DNA of 64,000 nucleotides from Fibrobacteria bacterium (GTDB lineage Bacteria; Fibrobacterota; Fibrobacteria; UBA11236): NCBI GenBank assembly GCA_025360005.1, contig JANYDA010000057.1, positions 15,065 to 79,064 of the forward strand, read 5' to 3'. Shown piece by piece: positions 10,040 to 20,094 of this stretch (position 1 is its first letter; each line of letters starts with the position of its first letter). The notes under the pieces were generated by a model. It saw only the letters and a program-made list of their open reading frames with translations, ran no database searches and was not told where the DNA came from. The position numbers and the translations under genes were made by a program.

Positions 10040-10514
10040 CCGCTTCCCTCTTTGCGGATTCGAGATCCCGCCAATAGCTGTCTGGATTGCCGTCCGGATG
10101 GCCGTCGGAACGGGCCGCTTCGGCAGCGGGTTTTTTTCCGCCCTGCTTGCGGACGAACATGGAAGTGAGGCCCACGCCCAGGAGATAGGCGATGGACAGG
10201 AAGATGAAGTTGTTGAAAGCGGCGGTACCCTTGAAGAATAACAGCAACCCGTCCAGCCATGCGCCGCCGAATCGGCGGAGGAAGCCCTCTTTTGGGGACG
10301 GCTTGGGGAAGGATGTTTGCTTGAGCCACCGTCGGACCAGATGCCCGGCGCCGCTGAGCAGGATGGCGGCGGCGGCGTAAGGGAAAAGATTGGAAAAGCC
10401 GGGTCCCAGCCGCATCGGGCGCGTTGCGACGGAGAGAAGAACGGCGAAACCGGCCCATCCCACCGCGAATCCCATGGCCTTGGCGAAGGCGGCGGGAGAA
10501 AAAAGCCTGCTCAT
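10017..10514 (-). CDS. SxtJ-like membrane protein (putative carbamoyltransferase-associated)
   Basis: Start chosen at MSRLFSPAAF; 3–4 TM segments; position immediately upstream of the carbamoyltransferase mirrors the sxtJ-sxtI-sxtK gene order. Confidence 0.45.
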   Translation of the reverse strand: MSRLFSPAAFAKAMGFAVGWAGFAVLLSVATRPMRLGPGFSNLFPYAAAAILLSGAGHLVRRWLKQTSFPKPSPKEGFLRRFGGAWLDGLLLFFKGTAAFNNFIFLSIAYLLGVGLTSMFVRKQGGKKPAAEAARSDGHPDGNPDSYWRDLESAKREADAYYRPF

Positions 10515-10691
10515 GACAGGAAGTATATGCAGTATCGGTGCACCCTGGCAAATCTTTCCCGGAGCCGGGGCGCATGCGTTTACGATCGCCGGCCAGCCGC
10601 AAGCCGCGCTAGCGGCTTGTCCAATGTTCATGCGGGTCTGGCGCGATCGCGGGAGTTGAATTATTATCTTGGTAAGAAGTAGGAGCGCTCC

Positions 10692-11711
10692 ATGCCATCG
10701 AATACCTTAGACTGGAAAAATCTCGGATTCTCTTTCCTCCCCACCAACGGCCACGTGCAAGCGGATTTCGCCGACGGCAAATGGGGTCCCTTGCAGGTGA
10801 AAAAGGATCCCTACCTCTCCATGCATGTGGCCGCCAACTGCCTCCATTACGGACAGTCCTGCTTCGAGGGCTTGAAAGCCTTTACCACCCGGGAAGGCAA
10901 GCGCGTCCTTTTCCGCCCCAACCGCAACGGGGATCGCATGCGCTTATCCGCCGATCGCATCTGCATGGAAGCGCCTTCCGTGGAGATGTTCGTGGAAGCC
11001 TGCCGCATGGCCACGGAAATCAACCGGGAATTCGTCCCGCCATACGGCACCGGCGCCAGCCTCTACCTAAGGCCCCTGCTGATCGGCACCGAGCCGACGG
11101 TGGGCATCCGCGCTTCCAGCACATTTTCCTTCATCGTGCTGGTCACGCCGGTGGGCCCTTATTACAAAGACGGCTTTTCCCCGGTGGATGCCATCGTGAT
11201 GGAAGACTACGATCGCGCCGCGCCTAAAGGTACCGGACGCGCCAAGATGGGCGGCAACTATGCCGCCAGCCTCAAGCCCGGCCTGGTCGCCAAGAAGATG
11301 GGCTATCCCATCGTGCTCTTTTCCGATCCCAAGGAAAACAAGTACGTGGACGAGTTCGGCACCTCGAACTTCATCGGCATCACGGAGGACGGCCAGTACA
11401 AGACCCCGGAATCCGGATCCATCCTGGAGAGCATCACCAACGAGAGCCTGCAAGTGCTGGCCCTGGAAATGGGCCTCAAGGTTTCCCGGGGCAACATCGC
11501 GCTGGACAGCCTGGAACAGTTCCGGGAAGTGGGCGCATGCGGCACGGCGGCCGTGATCACACCGGTCCGCTCCATCCAATTCCGCGGAAAGAAATTCACC
11601 TTCGGGAAGAAGGACCAGGCGGGCGAGACGCTAACCAAACTGTACCATGCCATCCAGGGCGTTCAATACGGGGAAATCCCCGATCGACATGGCTGGTTGA
11701 CGGCGGTATAA
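10692..11711 (+). CDS. ilvE: Branched-chain amino acid aminotransferase (class IV, group II)
   Basis: 339 aa with the typical BCAT-II profile (HYGQSCFEGLKAF...LYLRPLLIGTEP...GTGRAKMGGNYAASL). Confidence 0.85.
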   Translation: MPSNTLDWKNLGFSFLPTNGHVQADFADGKWGPLQVKKDPYLSMHVAANCLHYGQSCFEGLKAFTTREGKRVLFRPNRNGDRMRLSADRICMEAPSVEMFVEACRMATEINREFVPPYGTGASLYLRPLLIGTEPTVGIRASSTFSFIVLVTPVGPYYKDGFSPVDAIVMEDYDRAAPKGTGRAKMGGNYAASLKPGLVAKKMGYPIVLFSDPKENKYVDEFGTSNFIGITEDGQYKTPESGSILESITNESLQVLALEMGLKVSRGNIALDSLEQFREVGACGTAAVITPVRSIQFRGKKFTFGKKDQAGETLTKLYHAIQGVQYGEIPDRHGWLTAV

Positions 11712-11735
11712 TCATCCCTGGCAAGCGGGGAGTCC

Positions 11736-12404
11736 ATGAGCCAGATCGAAACCGGATTCAGGCGGATGCTGGCATCCCCGCTGATCTACGATTTTTTCCA
11801 GGACCTGGTGGGCGCTCCGGCTTTGCGCATCCGTTTGGTGCGGGAATGCCTCCGGCCTTTTCCGAGGGCCCGGATCCTCGACATCGGCTGCGGCACCGGG
11901 GATTTGCTCCGCTACCTTCCCCCTGGCATAGACTATTCCGGTTTCGATATGGACCCCGGCTATATCGCATCCGCCCGGCGCCGGTTCGGCGGGCCGGGAC
12001 GGTTCACCTGCGGTACGGTAGATGCGTTCGCCGCATCCGCGGAGGCCGGCCCGGGACCGGGTGCTGATGAAACCGAGCGGGCCGGAAACGATGCCAAGTA
12101 CGATATCGCGGTCGCTTTCGGCGTGCTCCACCATCTGGAGGACGGGGAAGCGCGCCGGCTCTTTCAAAGCGCCCGTCGGGCCCTGCGACCGGGTGGACGG
12201 CTGGTCGCAATCGATCCGGCCCGGGTGCCGGATCAGGCGTATCTTGCGCGTTACCTGGTCTCGCGGGACCGGGGCCGCAATGTCCGTTCGCCGGAGGAGT
12301 ATGCGGCCCTGGCGCGCGGCCCGTTCCAGGCGGTCGAGGCTTCGGTCTGGCATAACGCCCTGCGCGTTCCTTTCGATCATGCCGTCCTGGTTTGCCTCGC
12401 ATGA
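11736..12404 (+). CDS. Class I SAM-dependent methyltransferase
   Basis: Motif I ILDIGCGTGDLLRYL; overlaps the downstream acetyltransferase. Confidence 0.7.
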   Translation: MSQIETGFRRMLASPLIYDFFQDLVGAPALRIRLVRECLRPFPRARILDIGCGTGDLLRYLPPGIDYSGFDMDPGYIASARRRFGGPGRFTCGTVDAFAASAEAGPGPGADETERAGNDAKYDIAVAFGVLHHLEDGEARRLFQSARRALRPGGRLVAIDPARVPDQAYLARYLVSRDRGRNVRSPEEYAALARGPFQAVEASVWHNALRVPFDHAVLVCLA

Positions 12405-13147
12405 GCGCGGGCGGATTCTCAATCCTGCCGTGGGACACGGATTTTTTCGGTTTCCGCGTCGCGCGCATCGATCCCGGCCCCTTGGATGAGCGCGCCTTGC
12501 GGCAAGTGCTGGCGGCCCTGGCCGCCGACAAGGTAAAGCTGGCCTATCGCATCCATGATGCCGGGGACCACGCTTCGGAAGCGGCTGCGGAGGCCTGCGG
12601 GGGCTTCCCGGCGGATCTGAGGCTGACCTACGTAGCCGATGTGTTACTCCCCGGAGGGCGCGAAGCGTGGCCGGTGGTTCCGGCGCGAGGGGAGCATGGC
12701 GAAACCGGTTTGCAGGCGTTCCAGGATTTGGCGGTGGCGGCCGGCGGCCATTCCCGTTTCCATGCCGATCCCTCCTTTCCCCGCGATCGGTTCCTGGCGC
12801 TGTACCGGGAGTGGATGCGCAAGTCCTTCACGGGGGAAATGGCGGATGCGGTGCTGGTGGCGGAAGCCGGGCCCGGATCGCGGGGAAACCACGCGGCGGG
12901 AGTGATCACCGTGAGCGCGCGGGCGGGGGTGGGGAATATCGGGCTGCTGGCCGTGCAAGCCGGCTTGCGGGGAAGCGGCATCGGCACCGCTTTGATCCGG
13001 GCGGCCGCGGAGTGGTTTTTGGAACGCGGATGCCTGCATGCGGAGGTGGTGACCCAGGGCGCGAACTTGGACGCTTGCCGCCTGTACCAGGCGAACGGTT
13101 ACCGCGTGGCGAAGCGCGAACAAGTCCGCCATTTCTGGCTGGAATAA
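12392..13147 (+). CDS. WecD-like GNAT N-acetyltransferase (4-amino-4,6-dideoxy sugar acetyltransferase-like)
   Basis: N-terminus ILPWDTDFFG and C-terminus HFWLE parallel E. coli WecD (WENAFFG ... AYWLYR); GNAT core GIGTALIRAA; encoded beside a WecE/DegT aminotransferase. Confidence 0.65.
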   Translation: MPRMSAGGFSILPWDTDFFGFRVARIDPGPLDERALRQVLAALAADKVKLAYRIHDAGDHASEAAAEACGGFPADLRLTYVADVLLPGGREAWPVVPARGEHGETGLQAFQDLAVAAGGHSRFHADPSFPRDRFLALYREWMRKSFTGEMADAVLVAEAGPGSRGNHAAGVITVSARAGVGNIGLLAVQAGLRGSGIGTALIRAAAEWFLERGCLHAEVVTQGANLDACRLYQANGYRVAKREQVRHFWLE

Positions 13148-13236
13148 TTGGAAAGGTCGGCCACGGCGATCATGCCATGGCCGTGAACACGGCAAAGACG
13201 AGCAAGGAAAGGAAGAACGGGAGAGGCGTAAGGGAT

Positions 13237-14391
13237 TCACGGCTGCCCGAAGAAATCCCGGATCGCGCCCAGCACCCGGTCCTGCTCGGTTTTTTTCAGA
13301 TCGTAGAACAAGGGGAGCCGGAGAATGCGCTCGCTGCAGGCTTCCGTCACCGGGAACATCCCGGCCCGGTAACCCATGGAGAGGCCCATGGGGGAGCTGT
13401 GCAGGGGCACATAATGGAACACGGCCATGATGCCGCGCTCCCGCAGATAGGCCATCAGGGCATCGCGGGTTTTCCCGTCCGCCAGCAGGATATGGAACAT
13501 ATGGGCGTTGTGGCGCGCGTAGGCTGGGATGACCGGAAGCCGCGTCTCGCCTGCGCTTTCCAGGCCCGCCAGGCCCTGCCGATAATATTGCCAGCAGTCC
13601 AGGCGCCGGCGGGTGATCTCTTCGGCCTGTTCAAATTGCGCATAGAGGAATGCGGTGATCAACTCGGAGGGCAGATAGGAGGAGCCGATGTCCACCCAGG
13701 TGTATTTGTCCGTGACACCGCGGAAGAACTGGCTGCGGTTGGTGCCTTTCTCCCAGATAATCTCCGCCCTTTCCACCAGGGATTTATCGTTGATGCCCAA
13801 GGCGCCGCCCTCGCCCGAGATGAAGTTCTTGGTCTCGTGGAAACTGAAGGCGCTCAGCGCGCCGAAGCTGCCCAGCGGTTTGCCGTTGTGGTAGGCCCCG
13901 ATGGCGTGGGCCGCGTCTTCCACCAGGATGAGATCATGCTTGGCGCACATGGATTGGAAGGCATCCATGTCGCAGGCGATGCCGGCATAGTGGACTACGC
14001 ATACGGCCTTGGTTCCGGGCCCGATGCGTTCCGCCACGGAAGCCGGATCCAGGTTCAGGGTATCCGGCGATATGTCGGCGAAGATGAGTTTGGCGCCGCG
14101 CAGATGGAAAGCGTTGGCGGTGGATACGAAGGTGTAGGAGGGGAGTATGACTTCGTCCCCGGGCCGGATGCCGCACAGGATGGCGGCCATTTCCAGGGCC
14201 CCCGTGCACGAGGCCGTCATCAGCGCCTTGCCGCATCCGCAGCGGCTTTCGATCCACTCCTGGCAACGCTTGGTGAATTGGCCGTTCCCCGCCAATTGGC
14301 CGCTCAGGACCGCCTGGGAGATATGGTACAGTTCCCGGCCCGCGATGAAGGGCTTGTTGAAAGGTATGGGATCGGATCCGTCCGGGGTCAT
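13237..14391 (-). CDS. DegT/DnrJ/EryC1/StrS family sugar aminotransferase (WecE/ArnB-like)
   Basis: 384 aa; PLP-dependent sugar aminotransferase motifs (ILPSYTFVSTANA...SFHETKNFISGEGGAL). Confidence 0.9.
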   Translation of the reverse strand: MTPDGSDPIPFNKPFIAGRELYHISQAVLSGQLAGNGQFTKRCQEWIESRCGCGKALMTASCTGALEMAAILCGIRPGDEVILPSYTFVSTANAFHLRGAKLIFADISPDTLNLDPASVAERIGPGTKAVCVVHYAGIACDMDAFQSMCAKHDLILVEDAAHAIGAYHNGKPLGSFGALSAFSFHETKNFISGEGGALGINDKSLVERAEIIWEKGTNRSQFFRGVTDKYTWVDIGSSYLPSELITAFLYAQFEQAEEITRRRLDCWQYYRQGLAGLESAGETRLPVIPAYARHNAHMFHILLADGKTRDALMAYLRERGIMAVFHYVPLHSSPMGLSMGYRAGMFPVTEACSERILRLPLFYDLKKTEQDRVLGAIRDFFGQP

Positions 14392-14410
14392 GCGGATGTT
14401 ACCTTACCGC

Positions 14411-15430
14411 CTAGAGCGGATGAGCGGCCCGGCCGGGATTGGGCGACTGCGATGAAGCCGATGTCGGCGGCAGTCCTTCCGCCGTTTCCATGACATAGGC
14501 CGGTTTGGCCATGGAGCTGGAATGCATGCGCGCCAGGTATTCTCCCATCACGCCCAAAGCGAACAACTGCGCGCCTGAAAAAATGGCGATGATGGACGCC
14601 AGGAAGGGGAAGCCGGGCACGCCGCCCCCCAGGAACAGGAAGCGTCCCACCACGAATACCAATACCAGCAGCCCTAAGAAGGTGAAGGCGAATCCCACCC
14701 AGCTGGCCAAGCGCAAAGGCATGGTGCTGAATCCGGTCACCATGTTTAGGGCATGGTTCAGGAGCTTGCCCATGGTGTAGTGGGAGGTTCCCAGCGAACG
14801 CGCATCATGCTTAACGGATACCGCGGCGAAACGCACCGTGCCCCACGTCAGCAGTACGTCGATGGAGAGAAAAGGGCTGTGGAAGCGATCGAAAGCGACG
14901 CGCAAGCGGGTGCGGAAAACCCGGAAAGCGCTGACCTTGCGGGCCGTGGACGCGCCCATAGCGCCTTGCAGAACCAGCTTGGTCACCACGGAGGCGATGT
15001 TGCGCAGGAAGCCGTGCCGTTCATGATCGGGCGTACCGTACACCACGTCGAATCCCGCGTCCAGCTTGGCCAGCAGTTTAGGGATTTCCTCGGGGGGATT
15101 CTGGAGATCGTCATCGATGGTGATGATGGTTTCCCGGGAAGCGGCGCGGATACCGCATAGGAGCGCATTGTGCTGCCCATAGTTGCGGCTCAGCTTGATG
15201 GACTTGATGCGGGGGTCGGATTTCGCCAGGCCCCGGATATATTCCCAGGATCCATCCTGCCCGCCGTCTTCCACCAGGATGATTTCATACTCGCCGCCCA
15301 ATGCGGCCATGCATCCCGTCAGCCTCCGGTACAGATTGGGAAGGCCTTCCACGCTTTTGTAAATGGGTACGATCACGGTATGGCCCGGTAGCAATTCCAC
15401 CTCGCCATTATAGGCTATCGCAAGTGGCAT
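14411..15430 (-). CDS. Polyprenol-phosphate sugar transferase, GT2 (ArnC/GtrB/FlmF2-like) with 2 C-terminal TM helices
   Basis: VIVPIYKSVEGLPNLYRRL...ILVEDGGQDGS...SRNYGQHNALLCGI...IDDDLQNPPEEIP followed by two TM segments; ArnC-type architecture. Confidence 0.85.
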   Translation of the reverse strand: MPLAIAYNGEVELLPGHTVIVPIYKSVEGLPNLYRRLTGCMAALGGEYEIILVEDGGQDGSWEYIRGLAKSDPRIKSIKLSRNYGQHNALLCGIRAASRETIITIDDDLQNPPEEIPKLLAKLDAGFDVVYGTPDHERHGFLRNIASVVTKLVLQGAMGASTARKVSAFRVFRTRLRVAFDRFHSPFLSIDVLLTWGTVRFAAVSVKHDARSLGTSHYTMGKLLNHALNMVTGFSTMPLRLASWVGFAFTFLGLLVLVFVVGRFLFLGGGVPGFPFLASIIAIFSGAQLFALGVMGEYLARMHSSSMAKPAYVMETAEGLPPTSASSQSPNPGRAAHPL

Positions 15431-15471
15431 GGACCAGGGGTTTTAAGGCAGGGCGCGGCTTAGGGGATCGA

Positions 15472-16992
15472 TTAAGGGAAGCGGTTCCTGCGGTACAGGA
15501 ACAACCCGTCCCGGGCATAGTCTCGGATCCATTGCGGCGAAGTAGCCAGGCTATCCATGCCGCGGGCCAGGTCCTGCGCGTCCACCAGCCAAGGGGGCGC
15601 GAATCCGGTATCCACCAGCGCGTAGTCGAAATGGTCCAGCTGCCTGCTCCGCCAACCCCAAATCGTGATCTCCCGGCGGCCGGCCACCCGGGCGGAAAAG
15701 GAACCGTTTACCAGCAAGGATGCATCCTCGGGGATCTGCTCGCGCAGGCGTTCCACTTCGCGCGCGCGCGCCAGGTTGCCGGTGGGGACGGAAAAAATCT
15801 CCCGCCATAACGGATAGCACAAGAGCGAAACCACCGCGCAGGCCGCCAGTACGCTTCCCTCCAGACGGAATACTCCGGTCTCCCATACTCCCGCCCCATC
15901 CGCCACCCGGATCCGTTTGCAAAGGACCAAACCGCCCGCGCACAGGAAGGCCAAGGGAAAAGCGTAGTTGGGCCACATCACCATGAAAAGCGGATCGGGA
16001 AAGGCCGCGTAGAAAAGCATCAGCGGGATGGGCAGCAGCAGGTAGCGTTTGGGAAGCGCCAACTGCATGGGCAGGAACGGCAGGAATACGTGCAGGGCAT
16101 AGAAAAAGGCCGCCGGCCGTAGCCACATCGCCAGGACTTGGGCTGCGGAAACAGGTATATAATGGCCCAGCAGGTTTCCTTGCGGGGCGAAGCGGGGAAG
16201 GACAGCGTACCAATAGATCCCCATCTGCAGGCAACAGAGCGCACCCGGCAGCAGCAGCCATTTCCACGGGCGCCGTTCGATCAGGGCCACCAGCAGGATG
16301 CCGCCCACCGCCAAGGTGAACACTTCTTTCGAGAAGGCCAGGAAGGCCGCGCAGGCCAGGAAGCGCCCCAGCTTTTCTTCCCGATAGGCTTCCAACGCCA
16401 ATACCAGCGCGGGCGCGGCCAGGAATTCGGGATGGAAGCCGAAGAAGAATTGCGAGGCGATAGGCGGACTCAAGAGCAGCGCGGCCCCTGCCCAAGCGGC
16501 TATCCGGCCATCGTCCCGGAACCGGCGCAGGAACAGGTGGACGGCGGCCAACAGGCACAGGGCTTTGCCCGCCTTAAGGCCCAATTCCCCGAACAGGTAT
16601 TGCACCGGAATCCACAGGAAGGCCGTATATTGCGAATGCACACCCAGAATGTCGGTCCCCCGGAAATCATAATGCAGCCGGCCATGCCGGAAGTTCCACA
16701 GCGCGGTGGCATAGGTGGCTTGATCCAGGTCGCCGATATCGCGCAATTGCAGGAACTGCCACAGGCCCAGGCAGGGCAGCGCGGCGGCGATCAGGATCAA
16801 GACGATAAGCCCTAGCGGCCGGCGGGCGGCTTTATCCCAGTGACGCAGCAATAAAAAAAAAGCCCCCAATACCATCAGGCCGCCCGCGAAATAACCCGGC
16901 GAACGGTAACGCGCAAGGAAATACAGGAATGCGGCGATGGGAACCAGGACAGGTGCCCGCCAAAGCGCCCGGGGCGGAGGATGGTTAGACAC
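15472..16992 (-). CDS. Polytopic membrane protein, DUF2079/GT-C-like putative glycosyltransferase
   Basis: 506 aa, ≥10 TM; early loop motif GDLDQATYATALWN resembles the GT-C DxD/Y motif; C-terminal soluble domain. Confidence 0.5.
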   Translation of the reverse strand: MSNHPPPRALWRAPVLVPIAAFLYFLARYRSPGYFAGGLMVLGAFFLLLRHWDKAARRPLGLIVLILIAAALPCLGLWQFLQLRDIGDLDQATYATALWNFRHGRLHYDFRGTDILGVHSQYTAFLWIPVQYLFGELGLKAGKALCLLAAVHLFLRRFRDDGRIAAWAGAALLLSPPIASQFFFGFHPEFLAAPALVLALEAYREEKLGRFLACAAFLAFSKEVFTLAVGGILLVALIERRPWKWLLLPGALCCLQMGIYWYAVLPRFAPQGNLLGHYIPVSAAQVLAMWLRPAAFFYALHVFLPFLPMQLALPKRYLLLPIPLMLFYAAFPDPLFMVMWPNYAFPLAFLCAGGLVLCKRIRVADGAGVWETGVFRLEGSVLAACAVVSLLCYPLWREIFSVPTGNLARAREVERLREQIPEDASLLVNGSFSARVAGRREITIWGWRSRQLDHFDYALVDTGFAPPWLVDAQDLARGMDSLATSPQWIRDYARDGLFLYRRNRFP

Positions 16993-17103
16993 CGTCCATT
17001 ATGGATTTCCCCGCTTGGCGGCTGCAAGGCAATGCCCTTGTTTTCCCACGGCCTATAACCGATAATCTGGGGGCGGCCCCCCAAAGGGAGGCCGGGGAAG
17101 GCC

Positions 17104-18318
17104 GTGTCCATGCCGGAATCGTTCGAGTATGACGTATGCGTTATCGGGGGCGCCGGCCACGTGGGCTTGCCGCTTTCCATCGCCTTCGCGGACAAAGGGA
17201 AAAAGGTCGTCATCCAGGACATCAACCCGAGCGCTTTCTCCCTCATCGAAAGCGGGAAAATGCCGTTCATGGACAAGGGCGCGGAAGCGGTGCTGGCCCG
17301 CGTGATCCACAAAACCCTGTTCGCCACCACCGATCCTTCCGTGGCGGGAAAATCCCGCTATGTCATCGTAGTCATCGGCACGCCCGTGGATGGGCATTTG
17401 AATCCCGAGCTGCGCACCTTGAACCGGCTCTGCGAGGAATTGGGCCCTTATCTCCGCGGCGAGCAGGTGGTGATCCTGCGCAGTACCCTGTATCCGGGCA
17501 CCACGGAACGCTTCCGCAACATCCTTAAGAAGTTCAATCCCAAGGTGGAGGTCTGCTTCTGCCCGGAGCGAATCGCGCAAGGCAAGGCTTTGGAAGAGCT
17601 GCATTCGCTGCCGCAAATCGTTTCCGGATTCGTCCCGGAGGCCGTCGACAAGGTCCTGGATCTCTTCCGTTTGCTCACCGAGGATACGGTCACCCTGATG
17701 CCTTTGGAGGCGGAGCTCACCAAGCTCTTCACCAATTCCTACCGTTATATCCAATTCGCCATCGCCAACCAGTTCTATATGATAGCGGGCGACTACGGGG
17801 TGGATTTCCACCGCGTCTACGAGGCCATGACCCACAATTATCCCCGCTTGGCGGACTTCCCGCGTCCGGGCTTCGCCTCCGGGCCATGCCTGTTCAAGGA
17901 CACCATGCAGCTTTCCGCGTTCACCAACAACAAGTTCTTCCTGGGCCACGGCGCCATGCTCATCAACGAAGGTTTGCCCAATTTCCTGGTGGAGCAGACC
18001 AAGAAGCGCATGCGGTTGCGCGATCTCCAGGCCGGCATCCTGGGGATGACGTTCAAGGCCGACAGCGACGATAAGCGCGACTCGCTCTCCTACAAGCTCC
18101 GCAAAGTGCTGGAGATGGAGGCGGGCTCGGTGCATTGTTCCGACGCCTACATCCACGAGGCGGGATTCCTGACGGAGGCGGATTTGATAGCCGAAAGCGA
18201 CGTCATCTTCATCGGCGCGCCCCATGCGCGCTACAAGGGCCTGGATTTCCGGGGCAAGCCCGTGGTGGACGTGTGGGACTTCCTGCCGTTCCCCACCTTG
18301 TTGACGGGTGCGCCATGA
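17104..18318 (+). CDS. UDP-glucose/GDP-mannose dehydrogenase family nucleotide-sugar dehydrogenase
   Basis: N-terminal Rossmann VIGGAGHVGLPLS plus catalytic region GFASGPCLFKDT (catalytic Cys). Confidence 0.9.
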   Translation: MSMPESFEYDVCVIGGAGHVGLPLSIAFADKGKKVVIQDINPSAFSLIESGKMPFMDKGAEAVLARVIHKTLFATTDPSVAGKSRYVIVVIGTPVDGHLNPELRTLNRLCEELGPYLRGEQVVILRSTLYPGTTERFRNILKKFNPKVEVCFCPERIAQGKALEELHSLPQIVSGFVPEAVDKVLDLFRLLTEDTVTLMPLEAELTKLFTNSYRYIQFAIANQFYMIAGDYGVDFHRVYEAMTHNYPRLADFPRPGFASGPCLFKDTMQLSAFTNNKFFLGHGAMLINEGLPNFLVEQTKKRMRLRDLQAGILGMTFKADSDDKRDSLSYKLRKVLEMEAGSVHCSDAYIHEAGFLTEADLIAESDVIFIGAPHARYKGLDFRGKPVVDVWDFLPFPTLLTGAP

Positions 18319-19334
18319 AGGCCCTGGTCACCGGGGCCAAGGGGTTCATCGCCGGATACCTGATCCAGGATCTGCTGGAGCACGGTTGGGACGTGGTGGG
18401 TTTGGACAACGGATCCAAATACGGTCCGGTCGAAAAAAGCTACGATCATCACGCGCATTACCGCTATGCGCAAGGGGACGCCAAGGATGCGGCTCTGCTG
18501 AAAGAACTGCTCGCGGATTGCGACCACTTCGTGGCGGGCGCGGCCATGATCGGCGGCATCTCCTATTTCCACGCCTATGCCTACGATTTGCTGGCCGAGA
18601 ACGAGCGCATCACCGCGGCCGCTTTCGACGGAGCCATCTGGGCGCATAAGCATGCCCGCTTGAAGAAGATCACCATCATCTCTTCCTCCATGGTTTTCGA
18701 GAATGCCGCGCGTTTCCCCACGCCGGAAGGCCATCAAAAGGAATGCCCGCCTCCCTTCTCCACCTACGGGTTCCAGAAGCTGGCCACGGAGTATTTCGCC
18801 CTGGGCGCCTGGCAGCAATATCGGTTGCCGTTCACCATCCTGCGGCCGTTCAACTGCGTGGGCACGGGGGAAAAGCGCGCGCTGGGAGGCCATGAGATAA
18901 AGTCCGGCAACCTATCCCTGGCCATGACCCACGTGGTGCCGGACCTGGTGCAGAAGGTTTTGAAGGGGCAGGATCCGTTGCGCCTGTTGGGCAGCGGGGA
19001 ACAGGTGCGCCATTATACCTACGGCGGAGACCTGGCCCGGGGCATCCGCATGGCCATGGAAAGCGATAAGGCCGCCAACGAGGACTTCAACCTCTCCACC
19101 GCCGCTTCCACCTCGGTCATCGAGCTGGCGCAACTGGTGTGGAAGAAAATCAAAGGCGATCAGCCGTTCCGTTTCGAGAGCGACCGACCCTTCGCCCATG
19201 ACGTGCAGAAGCGCGTGCCGGACGTCTCCAAGGCCAAGCGGGTGCTGGGCTACGAAGCGAACACCACCCTGGACGCCGCCCTGGACGAGATCATCCCCTG
19301 GATCGAGAACCAGATCCGCCTGGGCGGCATGTAG
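18315..19334 (+). CDS. NAD-dependent epimerase/dehydratase (extended SDR; ArnA-C/UXS-like decarboxylase candidate)
   Basis: Start chosen at MKALVTGAKGFIAGYL (ATGA overlap with the dehydrogenase stop); YGFQK catalytic dyad; TILRPFNCVG resembles ArnA_C TLFRPFNWMGP. Confidence 0.8.
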   Translation: MKALVTGAKGFIAGYLIQDLLEHGWDVVGLDNGSKYGPVEKSYDHHAHYRYAQGDAKDAALLKELLADCDHFVAGAAMIGGISYFHAYAYDLLAENERITAAAFDGAIWAHKHARLKKITIISSSMVFENAARFPTPEGHQKECPPPFSTYGFQKLATEYFALGAWQQYRLPFTILRPFNCVGTGEKRALGGHEIKSGNLSLAMTHVVPDLVQKVLKGQDPLRLLGSGEQVRHYTYGGDLARGIRMAMESDKAANEDFNLSTAASTSVIELAQLVWKKIKGDQPFRFESDRPFAHDVQKRVPDVSKAKRVLGYEANTTLDAALDEIIPWIENQIRLGGM

Positions 19335-20092
19335 TGGCCGGCCTGGTGGAAATCATCATCCCCGTCTACAATGAAGGGGAAAACATCGTCCGCACCCTGG
19401 AGGAGATCGAGGGTTCCATCTCGCATCCGCATTCCATTACCGTGGTGTACGATTTCGAGCAGGACAATACCCTGCCGCCCTTGCGGCGCTTCATGGAATC
19501 CGGCCGCGCGGATATCCGCATGCTCAAGAACAGTTACGGGCGGGGCGCGCTGAACGCCATCCGCACCGGTTTCGAATCGGCGCAGAGGGAATGGTGCCTG
19601 GTATGCATGGGGGATCTTTCCGACGACATGACCGCGGTGGCGGCCATGCTCGCCAAGGCGGACGAAGGTTGCGACGTGGTATGCGGCTCCCGTTACATGC
19701 GGGGCGGCCGGCAGATAGGCGGCCCCATCTTCAAGTCCCTGCTGTCCCGTATCGCCGGGGTTACCCTGCACTTCATCGCGGGCGTTCCTACCCATGACGC
19801 CACCAACAGTTTCAAGCTGTACCGCCGCAGCCTGTTCGACCGCATCCGCATCGAAAGCGACGGCGGCTTCGAGATAGGCATGGAGATCCTCATCAAGGCC
19901 CATCTGCTGGGCTGCAAGATAGGGGAGGTGCCTGCCACTTGGCGGGACCGCTCCGGCGGGGAATCCAAGTTCAAGCTCTTCAAATGGCTGCCGCATTACC
20001 TGCATTGGTATTTCCTGGCTTTCCGGGGCCGCTTCCAGCGCGCTCCCGCGCGCATGCGGGCGGGCTCCCACGGAATGAACGCGGCCGCCTGA
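19334..20092 (+). CDS. GT2 polyprenol-phosphate sugar synthase (DPM1/Ppm1-like, soluble catalytic domain)
   Basis: EIIIPVYNEGENI...CLVCMGDLSDD... typical dolichol/polyprenol-P-mannose synthase-type GT2; GTG start overlapping the previous stop. Confidence 0.8.
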   Translation: MAGLVEIIIPVYNEGENIVRTLEEIEGSISHPHSITVVYDFEQDNTLPPLRRFMESGRADIRMLKNSYGRGALNAIRTGFESAQREWCLVCMGDLSDDMTAVAAMLAKADEGCDVVCGSRYMRGGRQIGGPIFKSLLSRIAGVTLHFIAGVPTHDATNSFKLYRRSLFDRIRIESDGGFEIGMEILIKAHLLGCKIGEVPATWRDRSGGESKFKLFKWLPHYLHWYFLAFRGRFQRAPARMRAGSHGMNAAA

Positions 20093-20094
20093 TC

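Noticed and set aside
12667-14493. 608-aa plus-strand ORF
   Set aside because: Antisense shadow across the WecD-like and DegT aminotransferase genes; G/R-rich composition, no motifs.
17053-18225. 390-aa minus-strand ORF
   Set aside because: Antisense to the nucleotide-sugar dehydrogenase, which has a clear Rossmann and catalytic Cys motif.
18135-18314. N-terminal extension of the SDR ORF starting at 18135
   Set aside because: Overlaps the dehydrogenase C-terminus in another frame; the canonical Rossmann start MKALVTGAKGF at 18315 with ATGA coupling is far more plausible.
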